In this document: positions 9,099 through 17,373 of the stretch, piece after piece
Position numbering within the stretch: position 1 is the stretch's first letter
Layout: each line of letters starts with the position of its first letter
Assembly: GCA_965215605.1 (NCBI GenBank)
Contig: OZ244070.1
Location: forward strand, 2,080,001 to 2,144,000
Length of the DNA stretch: 64,000 nt
Reading direction: 5' to 3'
DNA from: an uncultured Candidatus Binatia bacterium
Lineage (GTDB): Bacteria; Desulfobacterota; Binatia; UBA9968; JAJDTQ01
Program-made: the position numbers and the translations under genes
The notes under the pieces: model-generated
Seen by the model: only the letters and a program-made list of their open reading frames with translations
The model's database searches: none
What the model was told of the DNA's origin: nothing

Positions 9099-10175
9099 AT
9101 GCCGACCATCGATGCCGACGCTCACGTCGTCGAATCCGAACGGACCTGGGACTACATGGATGCGGCCGATCAGAAGTACCGTCCCATCGTCGTCAAGCCG
9201 AGCGGCGACCAGGGAGGCGAGTACTGGTTCATCGACGGCAAGATCCGCGGCCTGGTGCGGATCGTCATGACCGCTCATGAGCTCGACGATGTCGCCGACC
9301 GTACCGGCCGGGTGATGTTTACGCCCCAGGAAACCCGCGAGATGGAGAACGTGGACGCTCGGGTCAAGCACATGGACGAGCTCGGCATCGACATCCAGGT
9401 GCTCTATCCGACTATTTTCATCGAGCAGATCACCGAGAAGCCCGAGTGGGAGATCCCCATTTGCAGGGGCTACAACCGCTGGCTGGCGGATATCCACCAG
9501 CAAGGGAAGGGCCGGCTACGGTGGATCTGCGTGCTGCCGCTGCTGGACATGAGCGCGTCTCTGGAGGAGCTGGAGTTCTGCAAGCAGAACGGCGCCTGCG
9601 GGGTCTTCATGCGCGGCATCGAGGGGCGCCGCCTTCTCACCGACCCCTACTTCTATCCCCTGTACGAGAAGATGAGCGAGCTTGACATGGCCGTGGGCGT
9701 GCACGTCGGAAACGGCAACCCGCAGGAAGAGGACCTCGTGTCCCAGTACAACGGCGGCGGCAGCTTCTGGAAGTTCCGCATCCCCGTCATCGGCGCGTTC
9801 CACTCGGTGATCATGGGCGAGATCCCCAAGATGTTTCCCAAGCTTCGTTTCCACTGGGCCGAGGCCGCGGCCCTCTGGGTCCCCTACGTCGTCAAGGACC
9901 TGAAACGCCGCTGGGGCGCCCAGAACAAGGACTTTCCGGACAACCCGCTCAAGGAATACCGGCAGTACGTGTCGTGCCAGACCGACGACGACGTCGACTA
10001 CATCTTCAGGTACTCCGGCGAGGACAACATCGTCATCGGCACCGACTACGGCCACAACGACCAGTCCACCGAAATCGAGGCGCTGCGCAACCTGAAGGAG
10101 CTCGGCAGCATTACCGCGCCCCAGTACGAGAAGATCATCGACGATAACCCGAAGACGCTGTTCGGGTTGCAGTAG
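9099..10175 (+). CDS. Amidohydrolase_2 family protein
   Basis: IDADAHVVE, MDELGIDIQVLYPT, GTDYGH; AGGAGG RBS. Confidence 0.92.
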   Translation: MPTIDADAHVVESERTWDYMDAADQKYRPIVVKPSGDQGGEYWFIDGKIRGLVRIVMTAHELDDVADRTGRVMFTPQETREMENVDARVKHMDELGIDIQVLYPTIFIEQITEKPEWEIPICRGYNRWLADIHQQGKGRLRWICVLPLLDMSASLEELEFCKQNGACGVFMRGIEGRRLLTDPYFYPLYEKMSELDMAVGVHVGNGNPQEEDLVSQYNGGGSFWKFRIPVIGAFHSVIMGEIPKMFPKLRFHWAEAAALWVPYVVKDLKRRWGAQNKDFPDNPLKEYRQYVSCQTDDDVDYIFRYSGEDNIVIGTDYGHNDQSTEIEALRNLKELGSITAPQYEKIIDDNPKTLFGLQ

Positions 10176-10225
10176 GGATTGGCGAGTTCGCTCCCCGAGC
10201 GGCGGGGGTTGGTGTCAGTTAGGGG

Positions 10226-10250
10226 AAGGGCGGGTTTGAAACCCGCCCTT
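10226..10250. repeat. REP-like palindrome, possible terminator between convergent genes
   Basis: AAGGGCGGGTTTGAAACCCGCCCTT; same family as the 6539 doublet. Confidence 0.7.
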
Positions 10251-10263
10251 CGTCGTTGTGCTG

Positions 10264-10809
10264 CTAGTCCGCTTTGGTGCGGACCCGCCACCGCTGGTAC
10301 TTGGCGGTTTTCTCGTCACAAGGCTCCAGGGTCAGGCGTCGTATGAGATGCGGCGGCCGGCCGCCTCCTCCCTGCCTCGATTCGCCCCCCGCCACCGTCA
10401 CGCACAGATTCGGCGCGCTCTTGGTGACGATCGCACCCTCGGACGTCATGGAAAACCCCTGCGGCGGCGAGCCGTCGCATTTGGCGAGCCCGAGGCCGGC
10501 CCCCGCCTCGGCCCCGCCCGCGGTCATGCAAACATCGAACCCCGGCATGTGGAAGCGCCCCGCCTTGATGCCGTCGCTGTCGAACCCCTGGTCGACGCCG
10601 AGTTGGCCCTGATAGCTGTAGCAACTGTGGGCCTGAAGGCCTCTGTCGACCCTGGCGCGTTCCTTGTAGCCGCGGATGTCCAGGCAAAAGCCGCGCTGGT
10701 CGTCCAGGCGGTCGACCAGGAGAACCTCCACGGTTTCGCCCGCTACGGCGGGGCCGGCAAGCGCGGCGCCGACGAGAACGGTCAAGAAAATGAGTCCGAG
10801 GTATTTCAT
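10264..10809 (-). CDS. Secreted ricin-B (beta-trefoil) lectin-like protein
   Basis: Signal peptide; FCLDI...C, CMT...C..Q.F and CVT...C...YQRW repeats; GGAGG RBS. Confidence 0.75.
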   Translation of the reverse strand: MKYLGLIFLTVLVGAALAGPAVAGETVEVLLVDRLDDQRGFCLDIRGYKERARVDRGLQAHSCYSYQGQLGVDQGFDSDGIKAGRFHMPGFDVCMTAGGAEAGAGLGLAKCDGSPPQGFSMTSEGAIVTKSAPNLCVTVAGGESRQGGGGRPPHLIRRLTLEPCDEKTAKYQRWRVRTKAD

Positions 10810-10855
10810 GGGACCTCCGTTCATTGGACAGACAGGGATTAGACGGACAGGGGTT

Positions 10856-11845
10856 TCAAGCGTCGAGTTTCAGCAGCCGTGCGGCCGTGCCCCCCAGAAT
10901 GTCCTCCTTGACCTGCTCCTCAAGCTCCAGGTTCCGGACCGCTGCGATGTACCCACGTATCGCCTGGTTGCCCTTGCCGCCCTGCGTGCTCACGCCGGTG
11001 AAGTTTTGCGGATAGTCGGTGGCGAACACGAGTCTGTCCGGGCGGATGCCCAGCAAGCCGCAACCGAAGGCCGTGAGGCCTCCCTCGAAGCCCGAGAGGT
11101 CGAAGTAGAGCCGATCGAAATACTCCTCGAACGAGTGTTGCAACGTGCCGAACCGGTGCGCCATGGCCACCAGCCGGTCCTTGAACGCGGCGATACCGCC
11201 GCCGAAGTGCCCGATGACGAAGTCGATCTCCGGGTGGCGGTCCAGCACCCCGCCGGCGATCAACCGGATGGTCGCGATGGTCAGGTCGATCTCCCTGCCG
11301 ATGATGCGCGGCAGATCGTAGCCCTGAATCGAATCATAACCCTTGGGCACCAGCGCCGGGTGCACGAATATCGGGACGCCGAGCCGCGCGACCCGCTCGT
11401 AGAACCGGTCCAACTCCGGCGCGTCGAGAAAAAGCCCGCCTACCTGTGAGGTGATGGTCACGCCGTGGAGTCCGCGCTCCCGGATCGCCCGATCCAGCTC
11501 GTCCAGCGCCTTGTCGCCTTCAAGGACCGGCGCATGCGCCAGCCCGACGAACCGCCCGTTGTACCGCCGCTCCAGCTCCGCGTAGCTGTCATTGATGACC
11601 CTGCAATCCTCCAGGCTCCCGTCCCACCCCAGATGGCAGGACACCACCGACACGTCCACCCCGGCCTCGTCCATGTCCTGGAGCTGCGCCTCCGCGTCGT
11701 ACAGCTTCGAGTGAAGTGTCATCCGCGGCACCCCGCCCTCAGTGGCCACGGCGACCTTGTCGGAGTAGAGGCCTTTCTTTCGGGCCAGGGACTCGGGGAC
11801 GTAGTGATGTTGAAAGTCTATGACCACAGACCTACCATTTGTCAT
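10856..11845 (-). CDS. Amidohydrolase_2 family protein (ACMSD/decarboxylase-like)
   Basis: IDFQHHY, MDEAGVD, PIFVHP, GHFGG, FATDYP; start is ATG 11845 or GTG 11827. Confidence 0.9.
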   Translation of the reverse strand: MTNGRSVVIDFQHHYVPESLARKKGLYSDKVAVATEGGVPRMTLHSKLYDAEAQLQDMDEAGVDVSVVSCHLGWDGSLEDCRVINDSYAELERRYNGRFVGLAHAPVLEGDKALDELDRAIRERGLHGVTITSQVGGLFLDAPELDRFYERVARLGVPIFVHPALVPKGYDSIQGYDLPRIIGREIDLTIATIRLIAGGVLDRHPEIDFVIGHFGGGIAAFKDRLVAMAHRFGTLQHSFEEYFDRLYFDLSGFEGGLTAFGCGLLGIRPDRLVFATDYPQNFTGVSTQGGKGNQAIRGYIAAVRNLELEEQVKEDILGGTAARLLKLDA

Positions 11846-12359
11846 CGTCCGGCAAGGAGAGGAATTGGAGGGCCTCAAGTACCTCGTCGAGCGCCGAAAC
11901 TGAACCGTCGCCGTATACGGCATTGGGTCGTTCAGTTGTCGACTCAAGCTCGTACTGACTCTGTGCCCCATCCAGAATTTGGGACAGGCTGGCGGCAGCA
12001 ATAAGGCGTATTTGGGGGTAGTGGATCATGCCGCCAGGGTCCTGTTTAACATATTCGGCGTTTCCGGTAGAGCGGGCAGAGGGGCACGCGAACGGCGGCG
12101 CTTGGCCGCCTCTGCGGTGGTATGCCCCCGTCGTAGGCTTCGGCCGGGTTGGCATCACCCAAGGCGGAATGAGGTCTCTCGGTGTCAAAAAGACCCCCCA
12201 CCGGGCGATGACCCGTTGAGTCTGGAACCCGCGATCATGGCCCAAAGCCGATTCCCCGGGACCACCTCAAGGTGCCTGTCTCTAAACTTTTGAAGTCCGG
12301 CTTGCCTGGTGGTATCTGGTTAAGGGTATAGTTGGGTTGCACGCCCTGGAGATACCAAC

Positions 12360-13481
12360 CTGCCTACTGGACACAAGATATTCGAGCTGCGTTATGTCGG
12401 GGCACGGTTTGAAGGCCCGCGCCTGCCGACGACGCTGCTGGCCGACCTGTCTGCTTTCCGCGACTTGCTGGTCGCCTACGCCAAGGATCGCTGGCGAGAG
12501 TCGCATGCTGACCGTGAACGCCTCCCCAAGGGGTTCGACAAAAGCATCTCACTTGACTTGGTCGGGATCGAGGATGGGAGTGCAGTTCCAAAACTCGACT
12601 GGAGCCTGGAACAAGCGCAGATAACATTGCCGGGTTTCACGGACGAGCTCGAAGAGATTGTCGATCAGTCCTTCAAGGACCTGGTCGGCCTGATCGATGG
12701 CGCCGGCCAAGACCGCTTCCCTACAGCACTTTCCTCTGAGCACATCCGCGCCCTCAACAAACTCGGCGCCGGTCTACGCGATCAGGAAAGGATCGAGTTC
12801 CCAGACCCGCCTGATCCTGACGGAAACGTTGTCTTTCTCGACAATTATCGCCGAAAAGCCCTCATCACCCATGTACGGGAGACTTACCAGCTCCGCTTCG
12901 AAGGAATCGGCGACCTGCGCGGGTTCAACGTAGCCGGCTACATTGATGTCCATACCCAGGAATACGGAGAACTGAGGATCGATGTGGACAGTGATCGGAT
13001 CGCGGCAGAGTTCGACGGGAATATAGGTGCCGCAATTCAGTTCGAGCTCATGATCGAGCTCGATAACAGAGACACTTTCCGCAGCATCATCGATGTCTTC
13101 GATGTGGAGTTGATCGACCCTGATCTGGCGGACAATGTGATGCGTTGTATGGAACGATTGACCGATCTCGGGAACCTCCAGGACGGGTGGCACGATGGTG
13201 AAGGCTCCGCGCCATCCGACGAAGCCATCAAGGTAGCGAAGAACTTTCTCAGACAACGTCCGTCGATGACGGGAGCCCTTTCAGTCTTCCCGACCCTTGC
13301 GGGCGGCGTGCTGTTCGAGTTTGAAGTCCACGGCTGGGACTATTCCGTCGAGATTGAAGCCGATGGAGGGCTGGAGTTCTTCGGTATACAGATCGACGGT
13401 CCGGAGGAGTTGGAGGCAAGACACTATATGAACGCCGGAGAAGAGTTCCTGGCCGAATTCGATGGGCGAGTAGGGGTGTAG
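12360..13481 (+). CDS. Hypothetical multi-domain protein (putative sensor/antitoxin), probable CTG start
   Basis: Frame is open from 12324; GGAGA at 12348-12352 then CTG 12360 gives MPTGHKIFELRYVGARFEG...; C-terminal LQDGWHDGEGSAP...PTLAGGVLFEF domain. Confidence 0.8.
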   Translation: MPTGHKIFELRYVGARFEGPRLPTTLLADLSAFRDLLVAYAKDRWRESHADRERLPKGFDKSISLDLVGIEDGSAVPKLDWSLEQAQITLPGFTDELEEIVDQSFKDLVGLIDGAGQDRFPTALSSEHIRALNKLGAGLRDQERIEFPDPPDPDGNVVFLDNYRRKALITHVRETYQLRFEGIGDLRGFNVAGYIDVHTQEYGELRIDVDSDRIAAEFDGNIGAAIQFELMIELDNRDTFRSIIDVFDVELIDPDLADNVMRCMERLTDLGNLQDGWHDGEGSAPSDEAIKVAKNFLRQRPSMTGALSVFPTLAGGVLFEFEVHGWDYSVEIEADGGLEFFGIQIDGPEELEARHYMNAGEEFLAEFDGRVGV

Positions 13482-13488
13482 GTTCCCG

Positions 13489-13887
13489 ATGGCCGTCCAA
13501 CTATCCGATGACGACGAAGTACTGTTTCGGCAAGTACATCCTGACTTCATGCAGGGTGATGTGCCGTCAAGCCAGTCGTTCATGCCGACACCGAAAGACG
13601 ACAACAAGCTCTCCGTTGACCGTTCAGCCCTGACAACGGCGAAGGATTCCTATCGGCTATTTACTGGTAATGGTCTCAAGTCCACGGCCGTGTATGGCCT
13701 GACCGTAGGAGAGTTTCGCGGACAGGACATCCCCTGCGTAGAGGATCCGTTGGATGCGAGCGACGGCATGGCCGCCAATCCGGCTCACGCTCTTGCGGAC
13801 TATGAAGCCCATGCGCCAACCCGGCAGAAGACGAAAGCTAAGCGCTTGAAGCAAAAGGCGTTAGCTCGCGGACGGCTCTATCCCTGA
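13489..13887 (+). CDS. Hypothetical protein, putative ADP-ribosyltransferase-fold toxin
   Basis: LFRQVHP...F.P...LSVD...NPAHA, an R-S-H pattern like ART-fold toxins; 7 nt after the partner gene. Confidence 0.65.
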   Translation: MAVQLSDDDEVLFRQVHPDFMQGDVPSSQSFMPTPKDDNKLSVDRSALTTAKDSYRLFTGNGLKSTAVYGLTVGEFRGQDIPCVEDPLDASDGMAANPAHALADYEAHAPTRQKTKAKRLKQKALARGRLYP

Positions 13888-14071
13888 CCTGAACAGCGAC
13901 AGATTCCCAACCCGCTCTGATCGTCTATTCTGTTGACACTGCGCCTCTCCGTTGGATACCATCCGGCGGTCAAAGTGTCGGCAGGCTGTCGACCCTCACC
14001 TCAATCCTCTTCTGGAGGGAAAGGGAGCAAAGAAGCTTTTCAGGCTCCCGTCGATTACCGGTAACAATGCC

Positions 14072-16219
14072 ATGAACACCACCCAATCCATCATCCCCAG
14101 CACCTGCTGGGAGTGCAGCGCCCATTGCGGGTCGCTGGTGACCGTCGAGGACGGGCGGGTGACCAAGGTGTCGCCGTACCCGGAGCATCCGGCGTCGCTG
14201 GGGGCGTTCTGCGTGAAGGGGATACGGGGGTTGCCGGAGCTGACCTACCATCCGGACCGGGTGCTTTATCCGATGAAGCGCACCGGGCCTCGGGGTGGGG
14301 GGCGGTGGCAGCGGGTGTCGTGGGACGAGGCGCTGGACGAGATGGCCGAGGCGATGCTGGCGGTGCGGGAGCGGTACGGGCCGAAGGCGCTGTGCGGGGC
14401 GGTGAGCAACGCGCATTTCAGCCGCGGGGTGATGCTGGCGCTGCTCCTGCGCGCTTTCGGGTCGCCCAACTGGATGATGAACCAGGACCTTTGCGGCGGG
14501 TGCCGGGCGCTGAGCGACCGGATCACGGGGCTGGCCATCAGCAAGGGCGAGGACATCGACAATACCCGGTGCGCGCTGGTGGTGGGGCGGAATCCGTATG
14601 CGGCGGACCCGCCACAGTGGCAGGCGCTCAAGCGCGCCAAGGCGAAGGGCGCGCGTGTCGTGGTGATCGATCCGGGCGAAACGCCGGCGGCCACCATGGC
14701 CGATGTTTGGCTGCGGCCGCGGCCGGGTACGGATGCGGCCATCGGGCTGGCGATGATCCACTGGCTGGTGGAGCATGGCCGCTACGACCGTGAGTTCGTG
14801 GAGCGCTGGTGCCATGGCTTCGACGCGCTGGTGGAGCGGGCGGCGCAGTATCCTGCCGGACGCGCCGCGGAGTTGACCGGGGTGCCGCAGGCGGACATCG
14901 AGAAGGCTGCGGAGTACTACGCGGACGGCCCCTCCTGCTTCGTGAGCGGGCACGGCATCGACGCCTTCAGCGCCGGGGTCCAGACCTTCCGCGCTTTCCA
15001 TTGCCTGGTGGCGATCAGCGGCAACCTGGACCGCGAGGGCGGCAACCGGCGCGTCAAGAAACCGGCCGGGTTCACCAACTACATCGAGGTGCTGCACAAG
15101 CCCGAGTTCCGGCTGCCGCTGGAAGTGGAGAACCAGACCATCGGCGCCGACCGCTTCCCGCTGTGGGCGGGACCCGAGGGCTGGCAGACCGCGTGCCACA
15201 ACCCATCGGTGATCGAGGCGGTGCTCAGCGGCAAACCCTACCCGGTGCGCGCCCTGTACATCAGCGGTGTGAACATTGTGGTGACGTATCCCGACACGCC
15301 CAAGACTCTGGAGGCGCTCAAGTCTTTGGACTTTCTGGCGGTGGCCACCCACATGATGAATCCCACGGCCGAGTTCGCGGACATCGTGCTGCCCAAGACC
15401 ACCGGCCTGGAGGATGAGGAGGTGTCGCTGGAGGGGTCGGGTCCGTGTCTGAGCCTGATTCAACCGGCGGTGGAGCCTTTGGGCGAGGCGCGCGGCGACT
15501 TCCGCATCGCCCATGACTTGGCCCGGCGCATCGAAGCCCGGGGCGTCACCGAAGCGCGGCGCTTCATCCCGTGGGAGACCAAGCGCGAGTTCAACGAGTT
15601 TTTGTTGGGCGACTGCGGGATCACCATGGAGCAGTTGCGCGAGAAGGGTTACGCCAACTTCCCGTTCACCTGCGGCGACTTCGAGAAAAGCGGCTTCAAG
15701 ACCAGGACGGGCAAGGTGGAGCTCTATTCCGAGCGCCTCGCCAAGTTGGGGCTGGACCCGCTGCCGGACTACACGCCGACCCGCACCGAGCGCGAGACGC
15801 CCGCGGTGCGCGACTCCTACCCGCTGACCTTGCTCACCGGGGTGCGGGAGCGCACCTACCACCATTCGCGTTTTCGCGACCAGGGCTGGGCGCGCAAGGT
15901 TTCGCCGGAGCCGCGGCTGCAATTGCATCCGGATACGGCCACGCAATACCGGCTGGCCCACGACGACTGGGTGTGGGTGGAGACCGCCGGCGGGCCGGGC
16001 CGCTGCCGCCTGAAGGTGCGGGTCACCGAGGCGACCCTGCCCGGGGTGGCGCGCACCGGCATGGGCTGGTGGTACCCGGAGGCGGAAGCCCCCCACCGCG
16101 GCGCCCTGGAGGTGAACATCAACGCCGCCATGCGCTATGATGGGCCGTGGGACCCGGTGACGGGATCGGCGGACACGCGCGGGCTGCCGTGCCGCATCGC
16201 CAAGGTCGAGAACCCGTGA
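14072..16219 (+). CDS. Molybdopterin (DMSO reductase family) oxidoreductase, acetylene-hydratase-like
   Basis: CWECSAHC...FCVKG 4Fe-4S motif, RVLYPMKR, SWDEAL, ADIVLP, C-terminal Mo-bisPGD binding domain; no Tat signal. Confidence 0.92.
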   Translation: MNTTQSIIPSTCWECSAHCGSLVTVEDGRVTKVSPYPEHPASLGAFCVKGIRGLPELTYHPDRVLYPMKRTGPRGGGRWQRVSWDEALDEMAEAMLAVRERYGPKALCGAVSNAHFSRGVMLALLLRAFGSPNWMMNQDLCGGCRALSDRITGLAISKGEDIDNTRCALVVGRNPYAADPPQWQALKRAKAKGARVVVIDPGETPAATMADVWLRPRPGTDAAIGLAMIHWLVEHGRYDREFVERWCHGFDALVERAAQYPAGRAAELTGVPQADIEKAAEYYADGPSCFVSGHGIDAFSAGVQTFRAFHCLVAISGNLDREGGNRRVKKPAGFTNYIEVLHKPEFRLPLEVENQTIGADRFPLWAGPEGWQTACHNPSVIEAVLSGKPYPVRALYISGVNIVVTYPDTPKTLEALKSLDFLAVATHMMNPTAEFADIVLPKTTGLEDEEVSLEGSGPCLSLIQPAVEPLGEARGDFRIAHDLARRIEARGVTEARRFIPWETKREFNEFLLGDCGITMEQLREKGYANFPFTCGDFEKSGFKTRTGKVELYSERLAKLGLDPLPDYTPTRTERETPAVRDSYPLTLLTGVRERTYHHSRFRDQGWARKVSPEPRLQLHPDTATQYRLAHDDWVWVETAGGPGRCRLKVRVTEATLPGVARTGMGWWYPEAEAPHRGALEVNINAAMRYDGPWDPVTGSADTRGLPCRIAKVENP

Positions 16220-16253
16220 GACAAAATTCCGGGCGAAGTTCGGAGGAAGCCCC

Positions 16254-17324
16254 ATGTTGAACGTCATCAGACAACCGGCCGTGCTGAACCAGCCCGTGGT
16301 GGACCCCGCGGCCTGGACCGCTGAGGATCTGGCCTCGGACCAGAGCTGGATACACCCGCTGACCGAGAGCGAGATCGCGGAGCTGGACGCTGCCGTGGCG
16401 CGGGTGGAGCAACGCGGGCTCGACATCCTGGACATCACCCGGGACGACTTCGCGCTTGCGACCCTGGGCGACCGGCTCGACGAGATCGCCTCCGACGTCG
16501 TCGACGGTCGCGGTTTGTCGCTCATACGCGGGGTGCCGGTGCATCGCTACAGCCGCATGCAGTCCGCCATCGCCTTCTGGGGAATCGGCCTGTTCCTTGG
16601 CGAGCCCGTGTCCCAGAACTCCAAGGGACACCTGCTGGGGCACGTGGCCGATCTCGGCGGCACCCTCAAGAACCCCAAGCACCGCGGCTACCAGACCCAC
16701 GACATGCTGCCCTTTCACTGCGATGCCTGCGACCTGGTGGTGCTGATGTGCCTGCACCCGGCCAAGTCCGGCGGCAGCAGCCGGTTCACGAGCACCCTCA
16801 ACGTCTACAACGAGATGCTCAAACGCCGCCCCGAGCTGGTGGCGGAGTTGGCCGCCCCCATCTACCGCGACCGCCGCGGCGAGGTCCCGGAGGGCAAGGA
16901 CCCGTGGTGGCAGCTCGCCATTTTCAACTTCTACGAAGACTATCTGACCGTGAGTGCGGGCGGCACCTATGTCCGCTCGGCCCAGCGGTTCGAGCAGTTG
17001 CCGCGCCACACCGAGGCCCTGAAGGATGCGCTGACCCTCTTCGCCGATCTGTGCAATGAGCTGTCGTACGACATGGAGTTCTTGCAGGGCGACGTGCAGA
17101 TATTGCACAACCACGTCACCGCCCATTCGCGCACCGAGTTCGAGGACTACCCGGAGCCCGAGCGCCGTCGCAATCTCCTGCGTCTATGGCTCGGCACACC
17201 CGGCGGGCGGCCGCTGCCGCCTGCGTTCAGCGACCGTTTCTCCCACCTGAAGGAAGGGGAACGGCCGGCCGGCGGCGTCGTGGTGCCGGGAACGGTGTAC
17301 AAGGCGCCGCTGTATCCGGAGTAG
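16254..17324 (+). CDS. TauD/TfdA family Fe(II)/2-oxoglutarate dioxygenase
   Basis: FHCD (HxD), NHVTAHSRTEF, RRNLLRLWL; GGAGG RBS. Confidence 0.9.
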   Translation: MLNVIRQPAVLNQPVVDPAAWTAEDLASDQSWIHPLTESEIAELDAAVARVEQRGLDILDITRDDFALATLGDRLDEIASDVVDGRGLSLIRGVPVHRYSRMQSAIAFWGIGLFLGEPVSQNSKGHLLGHVADLGGTLKNPKHRGYQTHDMLPFHCDACDLVVLMCLHPAKSGGSSRFTSTLNVYNEMLKRRPELVAELAAPIYRDRRGEVPEGKDPWWQLAIFNFYEDYLTVSAGGTYVRSAQRFEQLPRHTEALKDALTLFADLCNELSYDMEFLQGDVQILHNHVTAHSRTEFEDYPEPERRRNLLRLWLGTPGGRPLPPAFSDRFSHLKEGERPAGGVVVPGTVYKAPLYPE

Positions 17325-17373
17325 GGTCTCAACCCCCCGGTTCCGTACGGTAGCGGGGTTTGAATACGGGGCG

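Noticed and set aside
11832-12029. 65-aa minus-strand ORF MIHYPQIRLI...
   Set aside because: No RBS or recognisable motif; may be a gene remnant at the islet edge but cannot be supported as a CDS
13970-16525. Long antisense or alternative-frame ORFs (also 23405-26182, 25942-28671, 57977-59965, 50704-52416 and others)
   Set aside because: Shadow ORFs expected in high-GC DNA opposite well-supported genes; no motifs
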